Of a stretch of 64,000 nt of DNA, positions 10,963 to 20,200 are shown one piece after another (position 1 is the first letter of the stretch; every line of letters begins with the position of its first letter). The position numbers and the translations under genes are program-made. Source of the stretch: Alphaproteobacteria bacterium (GTDB lineage: Bacteria > Pseudomonadota > Alphaproteobacteria > GCA-2731375); NCBI GenBank assembly GCA_965232515.1, contig CBDDPY010000002.1, positions 2,976,001 through 3,040,000 of the forward strand, given 5' to 3'. The notes under the pieces are model-generated. The model saw only the letters and a list, made by a program, of their open reading frames with translations, ran no database searches and had not been told where the DNA came from.

Positions 10963-13900
10963 TCAATCCAACAACCGTGACCAGTCCTGGGCGATGTTGT
11001 CGAGGTTGCCTTCCTCCATCAAGCCGTAGAGGCGGTTCGAGATTGACAGCATCTGGCCGCCGTCGCGGGTGAGCGGGCGGAATGCGAAGGTGCCGCGGCG
11101 GCGGGTCGAGTTGGTCAGCAGCAATTCGAACGGGATCGAGATGAAGAAGCCCTTGTCGAAGCTGCCCTCGCCGAAATCCTCCGCCGACACGTCGGTGAAC
11201 GTCGCCCAGCCTCCAAGCCGCATACCCGACTCGAAAGACCGCGACAGAACGAACTGTGCGCCGCGGTCACCGGCCAGGAATTGGCCCGCATGTACTTCGC
11301 CCGTGAGACCGAACCATGGAAACTTGTAATAGACGTTCAGATGCCCGGTTGTCACCTTGTAATCGAGGAAATCGAAGCGCTGGTCGAAGTCGCGCTGTCG
11401 CACCCGATTGATGTCCACTCCGATTGCCAGCCGTGAGCCGAACGGCCGGTACAGCACCTCGGCGCCGACGCCGGCGAACATCTCCTCCAACAGCCCGGCC
11501 GAGACCCGGGCCGACCAGTCGGGGAACGGTAGGAACAGGTAATCGGCCTGCAGGCGCACGATGTTGCCATCATCGCCCTGCTGCAGATATTTCACGATAT
11601 CGCTGCGCACCCGCGGCAGCACGCTGTCCGATTCCAGCGTCAGCTTGTCGAAATTGTTGGTGATGTTCTTGCCGATGGTGCCGGTGACGCGCAGGCCCCG
11701 GTAGAGCTCGGCCTCGGCCGTCGCCGCCAGCCAGATCTGATAGATGTAGAAGCCGTCCGGTCCGCCGATCTGCTGTCTGAGCGCCGGGCGGACGTTCCAG
11801 CTCAACGTCGGATAACGTTTCGGGTTGCGAATAGCGTCCTTGGGAATCGATCCCTCCGGCCGCAGCGCCGCGACCGGGCCCTCGATCTTGGCGTTGGCCC
11901 AGACCTCCTCGGGGCTGCCGTTGCGCGCCACGGCGGCCTCCAGATCGTGCCGGAACAGGGTGACTCGAGCGATCTCGAGGCCCGCGTTCAAAGTCACGAC
12001 CTCGATCTCCTCGACGCTGTCCGGGACGTGATTGGCCACGGCGCGAGCGGCACGCCCGGTATTGCGCGCGAACTGGCGGAACTTGCCGGGCGTGACGAAG
12101 ATCGTCGCCTTGTACCTGGTCAACTCGAAGGCATCGACGCCAAAGCCCTGCTCGCCCAACTCATCGAAGACCTTCTCGGCGACCGCCCGCTTTTCGTCCT
12201 GGCTCAGATCGGGCACCAGTTCCTCGATGATCGGCGGCCGCACGGCGTCCTGTCCGGCCGTCAGACCGGTCGCCACGGCCTGCCGTCGCAGCGTCACCCG
12301 GGACGCTTCGACGCCCGCCTTCAGGCCAACCAGCACCACCTCATCGAAAGGCTCGGGCGCGGAATCGGCGACCAGCCGGGCCGCGGCCACATAGTCCTCG
12401 CGCGAGCGGGACCGCTCGTCGGACAGGTACACCGTGGCCTGGCTGTCGGAGAACTCGAACGACTCAAGCTCGAAGCCCTGCGCGGCCAGACCATCGAACA
12501 GGGCATCGACCTGCGCGTCCCGTTTCACATCGTCGCGTTCGACAACGACGCGATCGACTTCGACGCCGGCATCGATATGAACGATCTCGAAGCGCTCCAC
12601 CGGTGTCGGCAGCGCTTCCAGCAGCACCTGCGCCGCCCGTCGGTCGCGCGCGCCGCGGGCGGCGGCCACGCCGGCAACAACGACTTTCACCTGCCGGTGT
12701 GAGATATCGAGCGATTCGACCTCGTAGCCCTCGGCTTCCAGGCCATCGAACAGATAGTCGACGATGGCCGACTGCTCGACCTCACGCCGATCTATGGTGA
12801 TCCGGCGCTCCCGGCCGTCTTCATCGGGCTGCACCAGGACCACGCGCTCGATTGCGCCGGGAATGGCGGCGACTACGGATTCGGCCACGTCGGCCACATG
12901 CGCCTGCGGATCATCGGCGACGTCGCGGGCAAGATAAATGCGCGCCTCGCTGTCACTCAGTTCGATGGTTTCCGCATCCAATCCCGCCGCCTCAAGATTG
13001 TCGTATAGATCGTGCGCTGCAATGACATGGACATCGGTGTCTTCGATGTCGCGCGGCACGGCCGGATCCGGCGACGGCGCATCGTTCTCAGGCGTCGGCG
13101 ATGCTGGCGCCGCTTCGACAGGCGCGCCGGGCGCCGGCTTTTCGCGGATCTTCAGCTTCGGCGGCGGATCGTCCAGCTTCGGCAGGCCCAGCGCTTTGAC
13201 GTTGCTGCGCAGCGAGGCGCGAAACATGAACTCGTTGCCACGCTCGTAGGCCGCCGCCATTTCCAGCCACTCGAACGGCCGATAGTTCAAACCGAAATTA
13301 AACCGCGTGCTCTGCTCGAACCTGTTGCCCAGTGGTTCGCTCTGATAGTCATTGCCGTCGTACTCCAGCTTTAAGGTCAAGCCACGGACAGGCGTGTACC
13401 ACTCGACACCGCCGAACAGACCCACGGTCTCGCCCGAAAAGAAATTGTCGAAGATCAGCTCGCCACCCTGCCCCCCTCGACCACCTCGCGTTTCAAACCG
13501 ATCGGAAATAGAGGTAAACGGGTTGCGAATCGTGCCGCCAGCCCCCAACAATCCCCAGCCCATGCCGAAACTAAAATCGAAATCGTACCACCGCTTGCTC
13601 ATGACGACGTACTCGCCGGAGAATTGTCCGGTGCCGAGACCATCCTGCACACCGACGGCGATCTGCGGCACGTATTTGGACTCCGGCCAAAGCATCAGCT
13701 TCAGGTCAGCGCCGCGGTCTTTGAACGACTGATCCCCACTGAACTCCGGGATGTCGGAAAACAACCGGTTGCGGATGTCCGTATAGCGGAACGTGCCCTC
13801 GAGAAATGGCAGAATCTGGAACGTGACGTAGTAACGGCGATAGGGGTCGACGAACGAGGCGCCGACATCCAGCGTGCCGTCCTCGTGAAAACGCGCCGTA

Positions 13901-14079
13901 CGGGTCTGCAACAGCCCGACGCCGCCGAAATCATTCGCCGACGGCTTGTAGTAAGGTTCCCGATCGGCGGTCTGCGCCGATGCGATCGCCGTAAGAGACG
14001 TCGAACCCAGGGCGATAGCGACAACAGAAGCCCACACGTGTCTGCCGCGCATACACATCAGATGGCTAGCCGATCGCAC
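10963..14079 (-). CDS. yjbH: YjbH/GfcD-family outer-membrane protein with an expanded middle region (start uncertain)
   Basis: DFGGVGLLQTRTAR, LEGTFRYT, GEYVVMSK, LPRVRSD, GLLEEMFAGVG, FLAGDRG, FGEGSFDKG, PLTRDGGQ. Confidence 0.9.
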   Translation of the reverse strand: MRSASHLMCMRGRHVWASVVAIALGSTSLTAIASAQTADREPYYKPSANDFGGVGLLQTRTARFHEDGTLDVGASFVDPYRRYYVTFQILPFLEGTFRYTDIRNRLFSDIPEFSGDQSFKDRGADLKLMLWPESKYVPQIAVGVQDGLGTGQFSGEYVVMSKRWYDFDFSFGMGWGLLGAGGTIRNPFTSISDRFETRGGRGGQGGELIFDNFFSGETVGLFGGVEWYTPVRGLTLKLEYDGNDYQSEPLGNRFEQSTRFNFGLNYRPFEWLEMAAAYERGNEFMFRASLRSNVKALGLPKLDDPPPKLKIREKPAPGAPVEAAPASPTPENDAPSPDPAVPRDIEDTDVHVIAAHDLYDNLEAAGLDAETIELSDSEARIYLARDVADDPQAHVADVAESVVAAIPGAIERVVLVQPDEDGRERRITIDRREVEQSAIVDYLFDGLEAEGYEVESLDISHRQVKVVVAGVAAARGARDRRAAQVLLEALPTPVERFEIVHIDAGVEVDRVVVERDDVKRDAQVDALFDGLAAQGFELESFEFSDSQATVYLSDERSRSREDYVAAARLVADSAPEPFDEVVLVGLKAGVEASRVTLRRQAVATGLTAGQDAVRPPIIEELVPDLSQDEKRAVAEKVFDELGEQGFGVDAFELTRYKATIFVTPGKFRQFARNTGRAARAVANHVPDSVEEIEVVTLNAGLEIARVTLFRHDLEAAVARNGSPEEVWANAKIEGPVAALRPEGSIPKDAIRNPKRYPTLSWNVRPALRQQIGGPDGFYIYQIWLAATAEAELYRGLRVTGTIGKNITNNFDKLTLESDSVLPRVRSDIVKYLQQGDDGNIVRLQADYLFLPFPDWSARVSAGLLEEMFAGVGAEVLYRPFGSRLAIGVDINRVRQRDFDQRFDFLDYKVTTGHLNVYYKFPWFGLTGEVHAGQFLAGDRGAQFVLSRSFESGMRLGGWATFTDVSAEDFGEGSFDKGFFISIPFELLLTNSTRRRGTFAFRPLTRDGGQMLSISNRLYGLMEEGNLDNIAQDWSRLLD

Positions 14080-14104
14080 CGCTCCCAGTCGCCCGACCGC
14101 GCGA

Positions 14105-17068
14105 TCAATCGCGCGAGATTACGGCCAGTGATGCCGCCGTCACCGCGAGTTGGCTGACGATCGACGCGCCTTCGCGCACAATGGTCAGCAGATCCAGCGG
14201 CACCGGATCCTTCGGCACGACAATCGTGCTGCCTGGTGGAATCTGCACTGGATTGAAGTTCCACGGACTGAGCGCCAATGGCTCGGCCTCGCCGTTCGGA
14301 TAGACGACGAACACGCGATCCTCGTCCGCCGACGATTGATAGCCGCCCGCTTGACGGATGTATCGATCCGCCGTCGCGCCAGCACGGAACTGCACGGCAC
14401 TGGGGTTCAGCACGTCACCAATGACCGTCACGAAGTTCGGCCGTTTCGGAACAAAGATCCGGTCGCCGGGTTCCAGGACCACATCGAGTTCCGGCTTCAC
14501 TTGCAGCACCGTTGGATCGGCCTCGATGACGACGCGCCCCAGCGCCTCGACTGATTCCAAACGCCCGGACAGCTCCTGAAGGGCTAGAATTGCTGTCGGA
14601 TTCACGCCTCGCTGTACGGCAGCCACCGCCAGCGCCGAATTCAGTTCACGCGCAGCTCGCTGAAAGCCGAGTTCCTGCTCACGCTTCACCCGTTCGCGGG
14701 TGAAGATGGCGCCGTAGGGATAAGCCTGGGCTGTAACGCCACCGGCCCGCGCGATCACTTCTGACAACCGCTCGCCACGCCGGATTTCGTAAAGGCCCGT
14801 ACGGACGAACTCGCCGACCAGCAGCACCGGTCCGGTATCGCGGTCGGTAAAGACCGGGTTGAAGCGGATCACGTCGCCGGGCCCGACGGCGACGTTGTCG
14901 GCGCCGAGGCTCGCCAGATTTACCAGGCCACGCGAAGTGTCGGCGGCACCGCGGATCGAGTCGGGCGTATAGCGCGACACTTCGACCCGTGTCAGGTCGA
15001 CCTCGCGCGCCAGACCGCCGGCAACCGCGATGATCGACGCAACGGGCGCCTCGCCGACCACCGGATAGGCGCCCGGCCGCCGCACTTCGCCGTTGACGGT
15101 GACGACATGTTCCAGCGCCAGCGGCAACAGATCACCGAAGCGGTCGAAGATCTCGGGACACTCGCGCCGCTTCCCCTCGGCCAGTCCATCGGCCGTCTCA
15201 ATCGTCCGAACGGCGCCGGCGAAGCGGCCCGACGACGTCGTCGCCACGATGGCTGCCAGATCCTTTAATCCCTGGCAGACTTCCTCGCGGGCATCGATCA
15301 ACTGCCGTTGTTCGTCGTCAGGTTGGCGGTCAGATTGTTGTTCGCGCGCCGGCGGCTCGCTGGTTGCGTTGGCCCCAGCCAGAAACCGTTGCAGTGTCGA
15401 AAGACCACCGCCCGACGCGGTACCGTCCACGCTCTGCGCGGTCTGATTCTCGGCGGGCCGCCGCTCGTCTTCACCGTCGCCCCGTCGCACATCCCGACGA
15501 ATCTGCTCGGACTCAATGCCCTGTCTGACAATGTCCTGCACGTCTTGGGACGACAGATAGCGGATATCCTCAGCCGACAGCACGATCAGCCGGTCGCCGT
15601 CACGCAGTCTGAAGTCCTGCTTGCCATCTAGGATGTCGAACAGATTGACGGGGAAGAACCGACGCGCGTGGGTCTGTGGATCAGTCGTCTGCAGTACCCC
15701 AAACAGCAGATAAGGATCTGGCCGAAACGTGTTGGGACTCCCCACCAGGCTGCCGAGCGTCTGCGCGCTGGCGAGCGACCGCCGCCCCGGCACCCGGACA
15801 TGGCCATCGATCTCGACGCCGCCGAGCTGAATGTCTTGTTGGCGCGTCACTAGCACGATGTCGCCACCGCGGACAATGCGGTTCGGGTCGGTATGCTCGA
15901 TCAGCCGCTCGCTGCCGGTCTCGTCGAAGGTCAGGTGCATGAATTTGATGCCCTGCGGCCGGAGGCTGCCGCCGGCCAGATCCACGACCTCACCCACTGT
16001 CATGCTGTCGCGGCCGTCGGGCAGCTCGTAGATCGCGGGCCGCTTGACGTCGCCATTGACCGCCACGGTGGCGCCGATCGCCGGCACGATGATGCGGTCG
16101 CCGTCGAACAGGCGCAGGTCGTGCATGGCGACGCCGGAATAGAGCAGGTCATAGGCGTCGAGCCAGAAGATCTTGTCGCCGCGCTGCACGTGAATGCGGC
16201 GCACACTGCCGGTCTTGCGAATGCCGCCGGCGAGCGAAATAGCATCGACGATGCTCGACAATGCCGTCAGCTGCATCAAGCCGGGTTCGCGCACCTCGCC
16301 GACCATGCTGACAGTGACGTTGCGGATCGCGCCAAGGGCGATGAAAACCTCGGTGTTCAGGCGCGAGGTCGCCGTGCGCGCCTCAATCTCGCGGCGCAGG
16401 CTGCCAAAGCTGCGGCCGGCCGCGGCGATCGGCGCCCATTGCGGAATCAGCAGCCGGCCTTCCCGATCGACGCGGCTAATGAAGGTGTTGTTGTCCTGAC
16501 CGTAGAATGTGACGACGAGCTCATCGCCGACGCCAAGCACATAATCCGGCGGAATAGCGCCCGTGCCCAACGCCTCGGGACGGATTGCCTGGAAGAACGT
16601 GTCGTAGCCGTATTGCAGCAGTACTTCTCGGGTGCGGAGGCAATAGTCACGCTCAAGCCGCGAGAAGGCCTCGATCAGGTCGATATTGCGAGCCTCCTCC
16701 GGCGGCAGCTCGCCATTGCAGTAGCGCCGTACCAGCACGCGCTGCTCCGGCGTCAGCTGGCCGGTCCGAAGCCGCAGCTCGCTGACGGCTGCTTCAATCT
16801 CCGTAGGCGGCACCAAGCGGCGCGCGCCGTCTGCTCCTTTTTGCCGCGAACTGTCGAGCCGCGACGGCACCTCGCGCGGCAAAGCCTCCAGAGCGCCGCT
16901 GCCTTGCAGATCCTCCATTTGCCGGAGCAAAGCGCCAACGGTACCGAGCGAAGTCAGGCCGTCCTGCGCCATTATGGTGTCGGTTGTCGCTGCAATCCCC
17001 GCGGCCAACGTCACGGCGCCAACCAGAGCCGGCAGGCTGCTTGCTGAAACGGCGAGCCTATGCCACAT
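14105..17068 (-). CDS. Large SLBB-repeat polysaccharide export protein (OPX, KpsD/OtnA-like) with a GfcC-like C-terminus
   Basis: DYVLGVGDEL Poly_export motif, repeated GEV..PG SLBB units, C-terminal PGDRIFVPKRP...PGSTIVVP. Confidence 0.88.
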   Translation of the reverse strand: MWHRLAVSASSLPALVGAVTLAAGIAATTDTIMAQDGLTSLGTVGALLRQMEDLQGSGALEALPREVPSRLDSSRQKGADGARRLVPPTEIEAAVSELRLRTGQLTPEQRVLVRRYCNGELPPEEARNIDLIEAFSRLERDYCLRTREVLLQYGYDTFFQAIRPEALGTGAIPPDYVLGVGDELVVTFYGQDNNTFISRVDREGRLLIPQWAPIAAAGRSFGSLRREIEARTATSRLNTEVFIALGAIRNVTVSMVGEVREPGLMQLTALSSIVDAISLAGGIRKTGSVRRIHVQRGDKIFWLDAYDLLYSGVAMHDLRLFDGDRIIVPAIGATVAVNGDVKRPAIYELPDGRDSMTVGEVVDLAGGSLRPQGIKFMHLTFDETGSERLIEHTDPNRIVRGGDIVLVTRQQDIQLGGVEIDGHVRVPGRRSLASAQTLGSLVGSPNTFRPDPYLLFGVLQTTDPQTHARRFFPVNLFDILDGKQDFRLRDGDRLIVLSAEDIRYLSSQDVQDIVRQGIESEQIRRDVRRGDGEDERRPAENQTAQSVDGTASGGGLSTLQRFLAGANATSEPPAREQQSDRQPDDEQRQLIDAREEVCQGLKDLAAIVATTSSGRFAGAVRTIETADGLAEGKRRECPEIFDRFGDLLPLALEHVVTVNGEVRRPGAYPVVGEAPVASIIAVAGGLAREVDLTRVEVSRYTPDSIRGAADTSRGLVNLASLGADNVAVGPGDVIRFNPVFTDRDTGPVLLVGEFVRTGLYEIRRGERLSEVIARAGGVTAQAYPYGAIFTRERVKREQELGFQRAARELNSALAVAAVQRGVNPTAILALQELSGRLESVEALGRVVIEADPTVLQVKPELDVVLEPGDRIFVPKRPNFVTVIGDVLNPSAVQFRAGATADRYIRQAGGYQSSADEDRVFVVYPNGEAEPLALSPWNFNPVQIPPGSTIVVPKDPVPLDLLTIVREGASIVSQLAVTAASLAVISRD

Positions 17069-17097
17069 CTAACGTCTCCCAAGGATTGCTGGCAGCC

Positions 17098-17778
17098 ATG
17101 CCGACATTGAAGCCGAAGTCCATGATGCGCAGAACCGTGCTGTTTGGCGGGACTGGTTTGATTGCGTCGGGCTGCATCGAAAGTCCCGTCATCTCAAACT
17201 TCGCGAACGTCATGCGGTCCGCGGCGTTTGGTGGCCCCGAACTTCCCCTCAAGCGCGAGGCGGTGACGAAACTACCATATGCCTCGATGACTGCAAGGGT
17301 CGGCCGCGGACCGCAGGACTTTCTCGTGCTTGGCAAAATCGATGGCCGCGACCAGCATTGGGTAGCGTCCGACAAGTCGATTTTAGTGATCCGCGGCGGC
17401 CGCCTGGTGCGCACAGTTGGCTTCAACGAAAACCTGCTCGGCACAGTCGATGTCGGCGAAGATCCCGTCGACAAGCAGTTGCATGTCGTCGAGAACGGCG
17501 CCCGATACACGCGCCTGGTCGATCTTGACTTCAAGCAGAGCTACGGCGTGCCGATCGATTCGACCTTCGAAGTGCTGGGCGACGCCAAGATCGATATCGT
17601 CGAACTGACGTTCGACACCATCGTCGTGCGCGAGCGCAGTTCAGCGCGTACATTGCAATGGGACTTCGAGAACGTCTACTGGGTCGACCCCGAGGACGGC
17701 TTCGTCTGGCGCAGCCGGCAGCACTTCACGCGGTCGCTGCCACCGGTTTCATACGATGTGCTGAAGCCTGCCGGATAA
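17098..17778 (+). CDS. yjbF: YjbF/GfcB-family lipoprotein
   Basis: RRTVL...IASGC lipobox; LPYASM, GRLVRTVG, FENVYWVD..DGFVWRSRQ. Confidence 0.85.
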   Translation: MPTLKPKSMMRRTVLFGGTGLIASGCIESPVISNFANVMRSAAFGGPELPLKREAVTKLPYASMTARVGRGPQDFLVLGKIDGRDQHWVASDKSILVIRGGRLVRTVGFNENLLGTVDVGEDPVDKQLHVVENGARYTRLVDLDFKQSYGVPIDSTFEVLGDAKIDIVELTFDTIVVRERSSARTLQWDFENVYWVDPEDGFVWRSRQHFTRSLPPVSYDVLKPAG

Positions 17779-17804
17779 CACCGGCCTGACTCGCGGCGAG
17801 CGAC

Positions 17805-18083
17805 CTAGTTTGTTGATGTCGCGGTGACGGCGCTGCCGCTGGTCGCATCGTCGTCGTCATCGTCGGTCGACACCGAGACCACGACCGCCGCGGCGGCTGC
17901 GGCAATGGCCGCCAGTGTCAGTGTGCCCGTGGTCAGGGCAACACCGCCGCGCGGCGCCCGCGCGCCCTGCCCGGCCGCAACGCCATAACCGGTCTGCTCG
18001 GCCTGGGATTGCGCACGCAGCGACGTGGTCGGGACGGCCGCAGCGGCAATCAGCAATACGAGGACAAAACTCAGTGTACGCAT
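17805..18083 (-). CDS. YjbE/GfcA-like small secreted protein, paralog 3
   Basis: Signal peptide, then AQSQ, Gly/Ala-rich segment, hydrophobic helix, TDDDDDD and a Thr/Ser tail. Confidence 0.75.
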   Translation of the reverse strand: MRTLSFVLVLLIAAAAVPTTSLRAQSQAEQTGYGVAAGQGARAPRGGVALTTGTLTLAAIAAAAAAVVVSVSTDDDDDDATSGSAVTATSTN

Positions 18084-18308
18084 AAATGGCAACTCGGTTG
18101 TGATCTCGGCTTGTCTTGGATGCAGTGATCCGACCGGTCAAGCTTGCAACATAACGGCAAAAAAGCAAACTGCCGTAATCTCGCGAATGGCGCTCCATAG
18201 CTCAAGCTCACGCCCCCTTAGCCACCCTGGCGTTGTGCCTAAAGGTCAGTCGCATCTAGTTTGTTGGGAACCCAGCGACCAAACGCGCCGGAACGTTAGG
18301 TAGAGAAT

Positions 18309-18590
18309 CTAGTTCGTTTGCGGCGCCGTAGACGTACTCGTGCTGGTCGACACGTTGTCGTCGTCGTCATCGGAGACAGTCGCGATGGCAACGGCGATTG
18401 CCGCGGCGATTCCGGCTGCGGATACAGCCGCGCCCCAAGTCAACCCTGGCGCCAGGCCTTCCTGACCGGCGGTGACGCCAGCCGCGTTGCCCGTGCCAGT
18501 TTTGGTGCTTTGGGATTGCGCCTGAAGCGCGCTGGATGACACCGCCAAAAGAAAAGCGGCACAGATTGCCGCCGACTTAGCCCTCGTCAT
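18309..18590 (-). CDS. YjbE/GfcA-like small secreted protein, paralog 2
   Basis: Signal peptide, AQSQ, TGTGNAAGVTAGQEG, hydrophobic helix, SDDDDD, STSTSTST tail. Confidence 0.8.
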   Translation of the reverse strand: MTRAKSAAICAAFLLAVSSSALQAQSQSTKTGTGNAAGVTAGQEGLAPGLTWGAAVSAAGIAAAIAVAIATVSDDDDDNVSTSTSTSTAPQTN

Positions 18591-18676
18591 TGCCCATCCC
18601 CCGGCAGGCAGCTCGAGATACGCCGATCTGCCCACCAAACAAACATTGGAACACGACCGCCAAGCGGCCGTCAAAA

Positions 18677-18955
18677 CTATGGAGTGGTCTGAGTTGCCGT
18701 CGACGTAGCAGTGGTCGAATCGTCGTCGTCGTCCGAGACCGCAGCAATCGCAATCGCCAAGGCCGCCGCGGCTGCAACACCACCGACAACGGCAGTCGTC
18801 GACAGGCCCGCGATGCCCCCTTCCTGACCAGCGGTCACGCCCGCAGCCTCACCGGTGCCGGTCTGGGCTGCTTGAGACTGGGCGAACGATGCCGCCGGCG
18901 CTGCAACAAGCGCCGAAACGAGACCGATGGCAGTCAAAGTCTTTTTCACGATCAT
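18677..18955 (-). CDS. YjbE/GfcA-like small secreted protein, paralog 1
   Basis: GGAGG SD upstream of ATG 18955; signal peptide, AQSQ, TGTGEAAGVTAGQEG, hydrophobic helix, SDDDDD, Thr-rich tail. Confidence 0.82.
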   Translation of the reverse strand: MIVKKTLTAIGLVSALVAAPAASFAQSQAAQTGTGEAAGVTAGQEGGIAGLSTTAVVGGVAAAAALAIAIAAVSDDDDDSTTATSTATQTTP

Positions 18956-19297
18956 GTTTGAAGGACCTCCAAAAAAACGCGCTGGAAAGTTAACGGGTTT
19001 ACCATCACCGATCAAGGTGAAATGCCCTTGGGAAACCAGTCTTTACCCCACCTTCCTTCATCCAAATTACGCACATTGCAAGGTAGCGCCGGACATGGAA
19101 CCGATTCGGCACATAGATAATCGCGTGAAACCTACGTTTCAGCAAATACCGATGCAAGAACCTCACAAGTCGTGTACCGGAATAATTACCGCCTGTTGCT
19201 TTCGTGCAACATTTGCGGCAAACCTCTGAAAGCGTTGGGCATCTGGTTGCGACCCCCGTTCAGCAGATTGCCACGACGATGTTATCTATTGAGTCGA

Positions 19298-19312
19298 TTA
19301 AATAACCGTTAA
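19298..19312. promoter_or_regulatory. CtrA-binding box
   Basis: TTAA-ATAACCG-TTAA, a perfect TTAA-N7-TTAA, with an adjacent GANTC (GAGTC 19291-19295). Confidence 0.7.
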
Positions 19313-19391
19313 GATGAAGTTACCGACATTACTTCAAACAAGACAAATTGCCAATTCTCGAGGCAAAAAGTCTTATCGCGCGCCCGACCTC

Positions 19392-20189
19392 ATGTCGGGC
19401 CGTTGGATTGTTCTTGTCGTCTTCGGTCTCCTCGCACTTCACCCGATCGGATCGGCCGATGCGGCACAACAGGTCTCGCTGCAATACAGCATCCATCTCG
19501 GCGGATTCAGCGTCGGATCGGTCGAACTCGACGCCGAACTGTCGGAGAGCAGCTATCATCTGCGCAGCGTCACGCGCACCGATGGCCTGATCGACATGGT
19601 CGTCGGCTTCCTGTCGCAGGCCGAATCGCGGGGCGCCATCGCATCGCGACGGATCAAACCGGCCGAGCATCGCGCGGACAACATCTGGATGGGCGAGGAT
19701 CGTTCCGTTCGCAACGTCTACGAGTCCGGTCGGGTCGCGGCCGTCATCGACCCGTCGCCGGCGGATGATGATCGACCACCGGTGCCGGTCGCGGCAACGG
19801 TCGAAACGCTGGATCCACTCAGCGCCTCCCTGCGTGCGAGCCTGCTTGCCGGCACCAGCACCCCATGTGCCGAACGGGTGCCGGTCTTCGACGGACGACG
19901 CCGCTATGATCTGAACTTCTCGCACGTCGCCAGCAGCACACCCGTTCGTCTCGGCGGCGGCGGCCGGCCGAGCCAGCATTGCCGGGTCACCCTTGAGCGG
20001 ATCGTCGGTTTCTCCCGCAAACCATGGCTCACGCCGGTCAGGGGCGTCGAAGTCGCGGATATCTGGTTCAAACCGCTCGTCGCCGACCTGCCGCTGATCC
20101 CGTTCCGCCTGACGGCCGATACCGGCGTCGGCGAAGCCATCGTTCAGCTGGTCGCGCTCAACGGCAAGGCGGTCGAAAAGGCGCCCTGA
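19392..20189 (+). CDS. DUF3108-family exported protein
   Basis: Signal peptide, Y.IHLGG, LDPLSA, PVFDGRRRYDL; start uncertain (19314 or 19392). Confidence 0.75.
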   Translation: MSGRWIVLVVFGLLALHPIGSADAAQQVSLQYSIHLGGFSVGSVELDAELSESSYHLRSVTRTDGLIDMVVGFLSQAESRGAIASRRIKPAEHRADNIWMGEDRSVRNVYESGRVAAVIDPSPADDDRPPVPVAATVETLDPLSASLRASLLAGTSTPCAERVPVFDGRRRYDLNFSHVASSTPVRLGGGGRPSQHCRVTLERIVGFSRKPWLTPVRGVEVADIWFKPLVADLPLIPFRLTADTGVGEAIVQLVALNGKAVEKAP

Positions 20190-20200
20190 CCGCCGCCGTC

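Noticed and set aside
18256-18300. Remnant of a fourth gfcA-like gene (CTAGTTTGTTG matches the end of paralog 3)
   Set aside because: Only an 11-bp match, and the surrounding translation lacks the poly-Asp and Thr-rich pattern.
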